Shown here piece after piece: positions 14,281-26,149 of a stretch of DNA of 64,000 nt. A program made the translations under genes and the position numbers. Source of the stretch: Vitrella brassicaformis CCMP3155 (Eukaryota > Protista > Chromerida); NCBI GenBank assembly GCA_001179505.1, contig CDMY01000831.1:124001-188000 (forward strand), in the 5' to 3' direction. The notes under the pieces are model-generated. The model did not search any database and was not told the origin of the DNA. It was given only the letters and a program-made list of their open reading frames with translations. How positions within the stretch are numbered: the stretch's first letter is position 1; every line of letters starts with the position of its first letter.

Positions 14281-14700
14281 CGCCCACCACCACCACCCAC
14301 ATCTCCTCTGCCCTCTCCTCCGGTTAGTCGGGTTAGACGCTGCCGGAAATTCCCGCGCTGCCTGTGCTCGAGAGCTGGGGTCCAGGGAGGCGCGGTTGCG
14401 GAGATATGAGCGGAAATGCGTTTCGCGCGCGGAGCGGTCACCCCGCCGATCAGCACATAGCGCAGTGGTGAGGCCGCGTCCAGCGGGGGTACAGGGAGTC
14501 GCGGGTTCGAGTCCCTGGCGTGTATGTTATGCCCACCACCACCGCCCACCAAATCGTCCGCCGTCTTCTCATGTCAGACGCTGCGGAAGCTTCCCGCGTT
14601 GCCTGTGCTGGAGAGCTGCGGTCCGGGGAGGCGCGGGTGCGGAGATCGGAGCGGAAATGCGTTTCGCGCGGGTAGGAAAGGGAGTCGCGGGTTCGAATTG
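14281..14700. repeat. Imperfect tandem duplication: ~250 bp unit (14281-14530) and a centrally deleted second copy (14531-14700)
   Basis: Shared blocks GCCCACCACCACC, AGACGCTGC, GCCTGTGCT-GAGAGCTG, GAGCGGAAATGCGTTTCGCGCG and GGGAGTCGCGGGTTCGA occur in both copies in the same order. Confidence 0.85.
14451..14524 (+). ncRNA. tRNA-like Pol III promoter (A box + B box); degenerate tRNA or tRNA-derived SINE head
   Basis: TAGCGCAGTGG (14458-14468, A box) and GGTTCGAGTCC (14504-14514, B box) at tRNA-like spacing. Acceptor, D and anticodon stems pair poorly, so it is not called a functional tRNA. Confidence 0.5.
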
Positions 14701-14842
14701 CAGAGGGGACCAGTATTGAGCTCGCACACGGCGACTCGGCACGGGCCAGCACCTCAGCTTCCAGACCGCCCGCGCACGCGCGGGCCAAACTCTAGATTTC
14801 AACCCGCTGCACCAACCAGCAGATACTCACCTCCTCAGCAAC

Positions 14843-15237
14843 ATGCTCAACTTCATCAATCCCGCAGACCTCCACGGTCCCATCGTGTTCGGTACCGACT
14901 GTGGCGAGTGCCACGATGGCGGCCACGACAGCGCACACTGCGTCAAGACCAACGTCAACAAGATGCTCAACGGACAGCCCTTCGTGGATCCACCCTTCGG
15001 CCACCAGGGGCAGGTCGCACCGCCCGACAAGCTGCACAGGTCAGGAGATGGTGTCTTCAGCTCAAGAAAAGTGTGGCATGGGTGTGTATGTGTGTGTGTG
15101 TCGGGTCTGTGTGTGTGTGTGTGTGTGTGTGTCGATGCAGCCAGACGTTCGTCCAGTCCATCCACGCCGACGAGGGTTTCAAGATGACCGAGGACTCCGA
15201 GGAGAAGCGGTCGAAGATCTTGTCCAAGCTCGCTTGA
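14843..15237 (+). CDS. Small (97 aa) Cys/His-rich hypothetical protein with a CxxCH motif
   Basis: Exon 14843-15039, GT..AG intron 15040-15140 with a GT repeat, exon 15141-15237. The spliced frame is open: MLNFINPADLHGPIVFGTDCGECHDGGHDSAHC...HSQTFVQSIHADEGFKMTEDSEEKRSKILSKLA. Confidence 0.8.
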
Positions 15238-15519
15238 GCTCGCAAAAAGTGACGCGGAAAAAATCACGTGAGTCAGGGGGTAGATGTGACTGACCAGGGG
15301 CCGGCGAGTGTCCATCAATCACTTCCTGCGTTCGTGGCTTCAGATCAGAGCCTGTCTGAGGTTGGAGGGGACACTCAACGTGCTGGCTGGTGGAACCACC
15401 CTGATACTCTTGGTGAGGTCAGCCCAACGCCACGCAGAGAAAGGACCAGCCACCACATATACTGTTGTTCGCGTTCGGTCGCTCTGTTCCGTTTGTGCAC
15501 CTCCCTCCTAGGCGCAGCC

Positions 15520-16510
15520 ATGCAGGAAGACGTGGGCAGCCACTGCTCGTTCGCCTACTGCAAACAGCTCGACTTCCTGCCCTTCCTCTGCAACGGATGC
15601 GGACGGCTCTTCTGCAGGATTCACAGAAGGTAAGCAGACACAAACCCCTTTCAAACCGTCGTCGCCATATATTTGATGTGTCCGTCTGGTCGATGTGTTC
15701 AGGCCGGATGACCACAAGTGCAGCGCTGCCTCGACAGCCATCGCGGAGGAGACCGTCATCTGCCGCAGATGCCGGCGGTGCATTCGAGTCCCGGCCACCA
15801 TGACCCCTGACGAGGCACTGGAGCAACACCAGGCAAAAGACTGCCCGGGCGAGAGAGTCGCCAGCGTGTGTGCGGTCAGCGGCTGCTCGGCCCCTGTGAA
15901 GGTCTTTACGACCTGCCCCAGCTGCAACAGAGTGGTGTGCATCAAGCACAGGTTTCCTGATGACCACGACTGCCCGGCTGCCACGAAGGTCAAGCCGACT
16001 GGTGGTGCTGCACCACAGAGGAAACAGGGTGCTCCAAAGGCAGCGGCATCGGCACCGTCTGCCAGCAGCGGTCAGCCCAAGAAACAAGTCAGCGACAAGC
16101 ACCGGGCTCTGGCGAACAAGGTTGAGCGGATGAAGGTCAAGCAGAAGGCGACCGGCGACGCGGCCATACCGTCGCATCACAGGATCGCGGTCAGGGTCCT
16201 CACCTCCCCCTCTGTGTCTGTGCCGGCCGCCACCGGCAAGGGTCCCTTCTTCGTGTGGCTGGACGGCAGCAAGACCATCGGGTATAACCTCGATTATATC
16301 TGCTTGCGGCTGAAGGTGAGGAACCCCAACGCTGATGGGGGCGGCCACCAGCGGCTGGTGGTGCTGCATGGGGATGCGGCTGACAAAGGGGAGGAGCTGC
16401 TGGAGAGGTATGTCGGCGGGGACGAGTCGGCTGTGTGTGTGCTGTCGGGTTTGTGCAGTGAGGGGGTTGAGAGCGGGGATGTCATTGTGCTGCATTTGGT
16501 GACGACATGA
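15520..16510 (+). CDS. AN1-type zinc-finger protein, ZFAND1/Cuz1-like (two AN1 fingers plus a C-terminal ubiquitin-like region)
   Basis: HCSFAYCKQLDFLPFLCNGCGRLFCRIHR|RPDDHKC (intron 15630-15702); second finger CAVSGC...TCPSCNRVVCIKHRFPDDHDC; C-terminal MKVKQKATGDAAIPSHHRIAVRV...KTIGYNLDYICLRL resembles the ZFAND1 UBL-like domain. Confidence 0.88.
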
Positions 16511-17225
16511 TTGATGTACGTTGAGTGAGTGAAGGGAATGGGGTGATTGGATGAGTGAGTGTATTGAGTGGCTTATGGACAGGACAGAGAGCCATGGACG
16601 AGTCATCTATCCGTCAGCCAGCCCATGCCATGTGGGTGGGGTGGGGTGAGGTGAGTCAGGGAGGGAGGGAGTGGTGCACTGCACAGGACGCAACAAATAC
16701 AGTAGGTAGAGTGGGTGAGTGAGTGTGAGTGTGAGTATACACAGAGAGACCCGCACACATACGGTATGAACATCGACCCAACCAACACATACACGTACTC
16801 ACTTAGTGAATCCCATCCCCTCTCATCTCATCTCATGGCATAGCTAGCTAGCATATCGGTCAGGTCAGTCAATTCCTCCTTACCTACCTACCCATCGCAT
16901 TTCGGCCAACCTGACTGATTTATCGGTGGATCGATTCGTTGACCAACACTGACCGCTCATTGATCGATCCACCCCTCCCTCCTTCCAACCATACGAACAC
17001 GCACCACTAATCACAGCAAGCAAGAGAGAGAGAGTATGCGTAAGGAAGCGACATGACTCACATACCAACCAACCACATCTATATATCTCACATCACATAC
17101 CTACCTGCTCTGTCTGTTCACTAGCCAGCCACCCCAAGTGCAGTACATACCGCATACACACACACACACACGCTACGCTACCTGTGTCTCCTTCCTTCCC
17201 ACCCCCCGCCCCCGCCCCTATGTGT

Positions 17226-19893
17226 CTATGTAAGCCCTCTCGCAGACGGGCAGACCTTCTCGAATTTCTCGCCTGCAGCCAGCCCCTCTCCCACACAGTA
17301 CCCCACCTGTGCGCCATCATATAGACAGCACTTAGACGACTCGGGGCAGTCACCGTCCCCGGCACACCCCCGCAGCCCCCGCACACTCGACGCCCTCACC
17401 ATCCCCGACATGACGGCCCCGTGTTCGATGGCCGGCACCGGCACTTCAATGACGGGATCGTTCTTGAGATAGCAGGACGACTTGTCCCTGTGGAAGGTGT
17501 AGGCCGCGCAGGGCCGCACCTGTTGCCCCTCGTGCATGAAGACGTTCTCCCTGAGACACCGATGCGCGCACTCCCCCTCGCTGATGCCCATGATCCGCAG
17601 GAAGTCGGTGCCCGTCTCGCCGTGAACGACCAGCTGCGCTTCTCTTTTGAAGTCGAAGTTGATATTGGTGTTAGGCAACGGGTGGATGCAGCCCTGACCG
17701 GGGGTGGGGTTCACGCGGATGCCTGACGAGAAGACGGGGCTGTATTGGGCTGCCTTGTTGGGGATGAAGTCGTCTTTGACGTAGCAGCACGAGGTGACGT
17801 TGCCAAGGTTTTGGCGGCAGTTGGGGCGGAACGAGTAGCCGCCTGAGTCGAAGGCCGAGATGGTGCGCCGCATGCACTCTGTCTCGGTGAGGCCCTCCAG
17901 TGTGGTCGCCGAATTGACGTCGGGGAAGTCGACATCAGGCACGGGGACGATACAGGTGCCTGCAGATCGACACCTTATGCACACTGACTGTATTGTGTTC
18001 GTCGGTGGGCAGCGCAGCTTTCTCACCTGCTGTGACGGTCGCTGGGAGATCCCATGATCCGTCTTGCGTCGCGTTGTTGGCTCCTCCCCCGCTGCCGTTG
18101 GCGTCGGCTAACAGGCTGGACGTGTGCCACAGATGAGTAGTCTCGTCATCAGCCAGCCCCTGCGCACCCCGCACGCTGCTCAGGGCCTCCTCCTTTACTC
18201 CATTCTCGCCCGTCTCGCCTTTCTCCCCCGTCTCGCCCTCTTCTCCCGTCTCGCCGTTGTCGCTCTCTTCATCTTCAAATTGATAGCTGGACAGAAAGCC
18301 AGGCGGGCAATCATACGTCGCCTCAGGGATGCACATGCCCATCCGAGTCTTGGGTTTCTGGCAGCACTTCTGTTTGTTGGCCTGGCAGACGTTGTAGGTG
18401 TCGATGTTCCGGCAGGTGGCCTGCCCAGTGGGGTGGCGGAGGACGGTGTCCCCGCCTGCGGGGAAGAGGAAGATGGGGCTGGTCTTGAGGTAGCAGATGC
18501 GGTCGCTGGGGCTGTACGTGGCCGCCGCGCATATCGACGAGGCCGCGGGGGGTGCGGTCGACGTGCTGCACCTCAGAGCGCACTGCAGCAAAGGAGAGAG
18601 AGGGACAGACCATATTGCCGTCATTCATGGATGGATGTGAGTGATGGTCGTAACCTCCGCAGCGGAGGCCACTTGGGGGACAGCGGCATAGTCAGTGCCG
18701 CCTTCGCCAACTATGGGATGGCTGTCGCTCTCGGGGTCATAGTTGGCGCTCATTCTGACACACACCATCCAAACACACACGGAAGGAAGGCATCCCTTGG
18801 CGTGTGCAGTGAGGGATGTCGTCTCCAGCTCACCCGGGCCGTGGGTACACGCAGTGGAAGCTGTGCTGCACTCTGATGCCGCTGCCGATGCCCAGAGCTG
18901 GCACCAGGGCCATCTTCTCGTTGCTGCGGACCAGCCCCTTGATGTAGCACCCCTGACCCGGCACATGCGAGTAGCCACCTGTGTGTGCAGAAGCAGGTAT
19001 CAGAGCGACCAACACTCAATCATCATAATCATCATGTGTGTGTGTGCCGACCGTAACGTCACACCCACCAGATTTCGGCCAGTGCAGAGCCTCCAGCATG
19101 CACTCGACCTCTGATATCTCCTTCTCGATGGCGTGGACGTCGGCCGTCCCCCTGATGTCCGTGTCCGGCAGCGGAAGGATGCACAACCCTGCATAGCAGC
19201 CAGGCCATGCCATGGACGGACGAGCGAGCACACATACGCCTGGAACCATCAAGCGGGCTGGGCTGCTCCTACACATGACATACCTGTGGGCGCCGAGTTC
19301 TGAAGCGTCGCGTAATCCGCCAGACCGATCCCTGCACACACAGACAGACAATCACTGAGATGTGGCAGAGAGAGCCCTGATGGTGCTCCCATCCCTCACT
19401 CACCTGGCACGCTGACCAGCACTGCTCCTGCACCCTCTTCGCCGCCACCGACATCCGGTTCGGTCTGCTCCTCCCGTCCAGCTCCAGCAGCCGCCGTCGG
19501 GTGCACACTCTCCGCCTTTTCTTGACCACGGTCACCAGCACCACCATCATCGTCACCGCCACCGTCACCACCTGAGTAGTCCTTCCCCCCTTTGAGCGGC
19601 GGGCTCTTCACGTCGCCTTCCGCCTCGGTTGCTGCTGGCCCGCTGCTGTCGGCGAAGGGTTTGAGCAAGCTCTCCACAATGCCGGCGCTGGCCTTCTGTG
19701 ACTCGGAGTAGGCGAACCGTTTGGGCCGGGGGAAATTGAGCAGGTGGAGCCGGTTGTATGCCTTGTCATGCGTTGACTGTGACTCCGGTTCCTCGTCAAA
19801 TGGGGCTGCCGTGGCGGGCGGGAGGCAGCCCAGGAGGGACAGAGTCAGGAGGGGGAGTGCGGCACGGCCCTTCCGAGGCATCCTTGGTTTCAT
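17226..19893 (-). CDS. Secreted multi-PAN/apple-domain protein (microneme-adhesin-like), multi-exon
   Basis: Signal peptide AALPLLTLSLLGCLPPATA; apple-like modules such as CALRC...CAAATYSPSDRICYLKT, ECAHRC...CAAYTFHRDKSSCYLKND, ECMRRT...CCYVKDD, YSHVPGQGCYIKG; C-terminal CAGDGDCPESSKCC...YC. Confidence 0.8.
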
Positions 19894-20194
19894 TTCAGGG
19901 TGGTGTACGGGAGCTCGGTGAAAAATAGTGCGCAGTCACTGTGTCGTTATTTTGTTCTTCCGAGATCATGATGTGCACATGTCAAACACAGTCATGCATT
20001 CCTTCCCGCATCCTCACTATCCACACGCACGCCAGACGGCCGAGTCAAAACACGGACGGGCACACGCAGACCAACAGTCGAAAACGCATGCACCCAAATA
20101 CCGTCCCACCACAAAAATAGTCACAAAGGGAGGCAGGCAGGCAGGCAGGCAGGCGCCGAGAGAGGGCAACTGTGCTGCCCCCCCCCCCCCCCCC

Positions 20195-20494
20195 NNNNNN
20201 NNNNNNNNNNNNNNNNNNNNNNNNNNNNNNNNNNNNNNNNNNNNNNNNNNNNNNNNNNNNNNNNNNNNNNNNNNNNNNNNNNNNNNNNNNNNNNNNNNNN
20301 NNNNNNNNNNNNNNNNNNNNNNNNNNNNNNNNNNNNNNNNNNNNNNNNNNNNNNNNNNNNNNNNNNNNNNNNNNNNNNNNNNNNNNNNNNNNNNNNNNNN
20401 NNNNNNNNNNNNNNNNNNNNNNNNNNNNNNNNNNNNNNNNNNNNNNNNNNNNNNNNNNNNNNNNNNNNNNNNNNNNNNNNNNNNNNNNNNNNNN
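20195..20494. other. Assembly gap (300 N) flanked by poly-C
   Basis: N run. CTGCCCC... on both sides suggests the same homopolymer tract. Confidence 0.95.
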
Positions 20495-21040
20495 CTGCCC
20501 CCCCCCCCCCACACACACACACACCGACAAAACACCGATATGGGGCAAGGCAAAACTGGAGGAAAAGTTATCAACTCGGCAAAAGTCGGTCAGCCAGCCA
20601 GCCACTCGAGTCACATCGCCCGTACGTACCGCACACACACGTGCGTACCTTAATTCCCCCGTTCGTCCCTCTCTCTGCGTAGCGTGCCTTCGCCCATCCA
20701 TCCATTCGATCCAGCACACGTCCATTGCATGCACCATTTATGCATCCATCCCGTCAGTCAGTCATTCATTCAGGTCGACATCGCATGGACAGACATCGCA
20801 TGGACAGACAGACAACCAGCACACAATTAAGCCGCACTGCACTCACCCCACCACAACAAAGGAAGGCGTGGGGCGGGGTGGGCAGGTAGGCAGTCCGCAT
20901 GACCCAGTCAGTCACCGTCACCATATGTACACATCTTATGATCACATCTACACGCACCGCACCGCACCGCACCGCTTTGGCATGGCATGCACCCAAGTCC
21001 CAACTGTCCACCCATTCATCCATCCATTCATCCACCTCCC

Positions 21041-22116
21041 TCACTGCAAGGCCGCGGCCGCAGAAAATGGCAGCAAGCCCACCAGCTCCTCCAGCACGCT
21101 CCACGCTGTGCGGTAGGACGCCCCAGAACGACCGCCAGCAGACAAAGAGGCCTTCTCCCACAGGTCCGGCCCCTCTTGCTGGCCGACGCGTGTGAGTATG
21201 CTGTGGTCCAGCAGCAGAGAGCAGGTCCACCCGCCCACCACAAAGCAATGGAAAATCTCGTGGTAGCCGAAGACGGACGCTGTTGACAGACACAGACACA
21301 GAGAGAGAGGTCAATCAATACCCACGCCTACTGATTTCTGTGGATGCACATCCCTTTCTCCCTCCCGCACTCACGGTAGGGGTTCGGCCGCCTCCTGCTG
21401 TAGACCACGGCGCCCAGCAAATGAAAGGCGGCGATGCCCAGGACGCACCCAAGCTCATAGACAGTCGTCACGCGCGCAATCTCGGGCAGGAAGAGACCCC
21501 AGGTGGCGCCCATGAGCACAAACACGCGCGACCGCCACCGCCTGAAGCTCTCGTACGTGGCCATGCAGACGGTCTCCGGGAAGAGGATGCCGCTGAAGAT
21601 GGCCACGCCGCCGAGCGTTACGAACGACGTGTGGACGACCATCGATGCGACCCGGTTGAATGGCGAGAACAGGAGAAAGTTGAGAGGAAAAGCCGAGCCG
21701 GCAATGGCGATGAAGATGCCCAGGTAGTCGAGCTTGTTGACGGTGCGATTGGCCCGGGGGCTCCACCTGAAGGCTACGTTGTGGAAGAGCGCCGACACGG
21801 ACGCGTTGTAGAGAATCGAGAGGCACGCCACCGAGGCCGCGAAATAGGCCTCCGTGTGCACCGTGGCCGCCGGCGTCGTCAATAAACTCCCCGACCAGAG
21901 CGGCGTCAGAATCACCATCAGCAGGTGCAGCTTGCCCCTCAGCAGCGGCCGCACGCCGCCCCAGGGGTCCTTGCTGTGTGCAGCGAGGAACCTGAAGACC
22001 GACCGGCCGTACGAGCGCAACATCTCGATGGGGTTGCAGGGGCCAGGCGGCGCAGACGATGCCGTATCAGACTTGTTGGCGCTGTCTGCACACTGCGACC
22101 GCCGCTGAGAAGCCAT
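21041..22116 (-). CDS. Haemolysin-III / PAQR family membrane protein (2 exons; an alternative in-frame ATG lies at 22233)
   Basis: RPLLRGKLHL, SALFHNVA, NKLDYLGIFIAIAGS, GAVVYSRRRPNPY|PSVFGYHEIFHCFVVGG match the HlyIII RPxLRGxxH, S-xx-Y/F-H, D-xxxI and HExFH metal-binding motifs. Confidence 0.9.
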
Positions 22117-22308
22117 GGGTATAGGTATAGGTATCTTCTTCTTTCGCCTGGGCGGTTCTGACTCCTGAGCTCGCAAATGTTCTGCAGGCTCGCGCCGAAA
22201 GGAGGCAGAAGAAGCCGCCAGATAGTACAGCACGTACAGCTACCCCCTGCAGGAACTTCGCTTGCCTCGTTCAGCAGCTAATTAACTGTGACAGCTGGGC
22301 AAGGCAGG

Positions 22309-23702
22309 ATGAAGATGCGGATCAACACGTTCAGGTTTGCGGGGGACATGCTGCACCTGTTCAGCATCGTACTCTTGATATGGAAACTCATGAAGTCCAA
22401 AAACTGCGTCGGTGAGTGCCGCAAGGGCAGATGAGGGATGTTGGCTGAGCAAGGGAGGGAGGGCAGCAGGGGGCAGACAGACAGACGTCGCTTGCACAAG
22501 GAAAACGCGGCCGTCTCAGAGTTTGTCTAACTGTGTGTGTTTGGTTGGGCTGTGTGTGTGTGTATGTGTCGCGGTGTTGGTCTTCGATCAGGCGTGTCGT
22601 GCCGGATGCAGGAGGTGTACGCAATACTCTTCTGCTTCCGGTACCTGGACATCTTCTGGAACTTCGTCTCGCTCTACAACTCGGGTACACGCAAACGATG
22701 AGAGAGAATAGCTGTGGGGGCAATGGACAGCTGACGCCGCACACTCATCTCATCTGATTGGCGTCTGTGTGTGCAGTGCTGAAGGTGGTGTTCCTGACTG
22801 GCACTTTCTATCTCATCTACCTCATGAGATTCAAACCGCCAAGTGAGAGAACGAACGACGAGCCAACCACACTGAATGGCAGTTAGTTCATCGGCTGTGT
22901 GTGATTGCAATGCATCCATTCACCCTATCCGCCTATCCGCCCATCGATTCATCCATCAGTTAAGGAGACGTACGACAGGAAGGCCGACAGCTTCTCGTAC
23001 GAGAAATACCTGCTCATCCCTGCCTGTGTGCTGGGCTTCATTACCGCCGAGGAATGGACCATACCTGAGGTGCGGCGAGCAACAAGTCAGTCGCAGAGGG
23101 AATTATGTGTGGGTGTGTGTATGGGTGCGCAGATCCTATGGACGTCATCGATATGGCTGGAGGCGGGGGCCATCATGCCACAACTCATGCTGCTGCAACA
23201 GCTGGGAGAGGTCAGTCCGCCAGGCAGCAACACCGTCACCATCACCGCAACACATGTCCATCTGGTGCATCTCTGTCTCTGTGTGTGGTGACCGCGCCGT
23301 GCAGGTAGAGAACCTCACAGCTGAGTTTGTGGTGACGATGGGTCTGTATCGTGCCTTCTATATCCTCAACTGGGTCTATCGATTCTACTTTGAAAGCTAC
23401 GTCAACGTCGTCGGATGGGTACGTACACATGGCAGAACGAACACCTACCTCACCACACGCAGACAGACAGATTGCATTGCATCTCTCGTGGTGTGTGTGT
23501 GTGTGCGTGTGCAGATAGCGGGTGTGATCCAGACGGCGTTGTACCTGGATTTCTTCTATTACTACGCCATGAGGTGAGTGAGGTGACGGGCACACGTCAG
23601 TCAACGCGACGATCCTCACTGGCCTTTGGTTCGTATGTGTGTATTTGTGTGTGCAGCAAGTGGTACGGGCAGAAGCTCGTGTTGCCCTTCGCAGAGGTGT
23701 GA
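22309..23702 (+). CDS. ERD2: ER lumen protein-retaining (KDEL) receptor, multi-exon
   Basis: MRINTFRFAGDMLHLFSIVLLIWKLMKSKNCV; QEVYAILFCFRYLDIF; TYDRKADSF; SIWLEAGAIMPQL; ENLTAEFVVTMGLYRAFYILNWVYRF; AGVIQTALYLDFFYYY; KWYGQKLVLP. Confidence 0.96.
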
Positions 23703-24415
23703 GCATCTGCCGACCGACCTCCCTCTCTCCCTCTCTCCATCTATTCACCTTTCTACCTCTCTCTCTCCCCTGCGCTGCCGGCCCTTCCTTGAGGGCTCAT
23801 GTAAACATGTGTGCATCCCCCTCCCTCTTTTCCCCTCCCCCCTGCGTGCGTGTTGTTTTGGCCCTTTTGACAGCGACCCTCGTGATGACGGACACGACAG
23901 ACACCGCCCTCTCAACTGCAGATGAGCCAGGTGGCCAGCCGGTGAACACCAACGCAACGATCCGGATGGCTAGCCGGCTGCCGGCCCTCTGCAGCTCTGA
24001 GAAGAGGATGTGTGTATGGGTACTTTATGGGGCGGGGTGTGGGTGAGACTGGCTAACTCATGGGCGGGTGGTGGGGTGGATGGAGGGATGGGCGGGTGGG
24101 TGGGGGGAAGTGTGTGATGCGTCACGCTCGTCACGGACATCACTCTGCATGCATGTTGGCGTGTGTGTATGTATGTGTGGATTTGCGCACAGACATCCAT
24201 TCAACCGTTCATTCCTGGTGAAGGCGTTTGTGAATGGACTGTGTATATCTGTCTACCAGCTCCCAACCACCATACACACAAAATTTTTCCTATGCACACA
24301 GGCCGGGGGGCCTGATGGATTTGCAGTGTGTGTGACGTGACCTGTGTTGCCTGTGCGTTTATGCAATTGTGTATACATGTGTGTGTGTCTAGGGGGGGGG
24401 GGGGGGGGGGGGGGG

Positions 24416-24715
24416 NNNNNNNNNNNNNNNNNNNNNNNNNNNNNNNNNNNNNNNNNNNNNNNNNNNNNNNNNNNNNNNNNNNNNNNNNNNNNNNNNNNNN
24501 NNNNNNNNNNNNNNNNNNNNNNNNNNNNNNNNNNNNNNNNNNNNNNNNNNNNNNNNNNNNNNNNNNNNNNNNNNNNNNNNNNNNNNNNNNNNNNNNNNNN
24601 NNNNNNNNNNNNNNNNNNNNNNNNNNNNNNNNNNNNNNNNNNNNNNNNNNNNNNNNNNNNNNNNNNNNNNNNNNNNNNNNNNNNNNNNNNNNNNNNNNNN
24701 NNNNNNNNNNNNNNN
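24416..24715. other. Assembly gap (300 N) flanked by poly-G
   Basis: N run. Confidence 0.95.
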
Positions 24716-25538
24716 GGGGGGCGACATGCTGACTAACTCACTGGCAGGCACGACAGGGGGAAGGGGTTTCAAGACAGCCATGGCAATGAGTGTGTAGAAG
24801 TGTTCGTTTCTGTCCTTGTGGCCATCCACCGGTGGCGCCGTCAGCTCGGCAACGGCAATGGGATACCGCGCTGGCACCACGAGTGGATGCGTGCAGACAG
24901 AGCGAACGCATACACACGGGGGCAACGGAAGAAAGAGAACGCTGATCGGCCGACTGATCGTTGTGTGCTGTCTAGTTGGGTTGCCTTCTTGGCTTGTCAA
25001 GTTGTCAGTGTGTTGCCAAAGCCATCACGCCGACGCCTTGACCAGCTGAGGAGTCGACCACGAGAAGGCTGCACACAACGTCAAGTCAGATCTGCTCAGA
25101 CAGACAGCTGCAGGGAGGGCCTGTGGAGGTGTATTGCTTCAATGGATGCTGGCTGGACGGTCCAGTGAATGTACAGGAGTGTCAAAGCTAATGCATGAGC
25201 TGCATCCCAGCCTCCCCTCGTGCATGATGTTGTGCGCGTGTGACACGACGTGTGTGCGCGTGCTGATGTGCTGTCCCCCCTGTGTGCATGTGGACCCGCT
25301 CATGAATCATTAATTCATCAATGGATATGGACAAAGACCATTCAAATGGCAGGAGTCACGAGAGACTGCATGCGAACGAGACGGCCAGCATGACACGAAA
25401 CTTGCGTCTACAAAAAATTTGCCGTCTGGCTAGGATTCCAGTCGGAGGACGCGGTGGAATAGAGGAGCTTCCATTCCAACGCCCCCGCTGTGTAGTGACC
25501 TCAGACCCCGTGCCGAGCCGGGGGGGGGGGGGGGGGGG

Positions 25539-25838
25539 NNNNNNNNNNNNNNNNNNNNNNNNNNNNNNNNNNNNNNNNNNNNNNNNNNNNNNNNNNNNNN
25601 NNNNNNNNNNNNNNNNNNNNNNNNNNNNNNNNNNNNNNNNNNNNNNNNNNNNNNNNNNNNNNNNNNNNNNNNNNNNNNNNNNNNNNNNNNNNNNNNNNNN
25701 NNNNNNNNNNNNNNNNNNNNNNNNNNNNNNNNNNNNNNNNNNNNNNNNNNNNNNNNNNNNNNNNNNNNNNNNNNNNNNNNNNNNNNNNNNNNNNNNNNNN
25801 NNNNNNNNNNNNNNNNNNNNNNNNNNNNNNNNNNNNNN
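25539..25838. other. Assembly gap (300 N) flanked by poly-G
   Basis: N run. Confidence 0.95.
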
Positions 25839-26149
25839 GGGGGGGGGGGGGGGGGGGGGGCAGAAGCGCAGCTACGACGATAGTGGCCGACTGATCAGAC
25901 AAAGAGGCCTTCTGCCGCCGGCCTGTGACAACAGACACCACCACCACCTGGCCGGCGCCAGCAAGCTGCCAGCTGGTCAAGCTTATCCAGCCTATCGTGT
26001 GCTCGTCTGGGATGGGCTCTCGTGCTCACCCCTGGGGCTCTGCAGATCGGCGGTGTACCTCAAATCAGACTGGGGTACAACGCACACACATACATACACC
26101 ACCACCAGCATCACCGCCACACACGCACTGTCGTGGCTGCTGTGCGTGT

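Noticed and set aside
14451-14524. Functional tRNA gene
   Set aside because: Acceptor, D and anticodon stems do not pair and no anticodon can be assigned.
24716-24910. Exon-like minus-strand segment HPLVVPARYPIAVAELTAPPVDGHK... next to a gap
   Set aside because: Too short and truncated by Ns to assign a gene or product.
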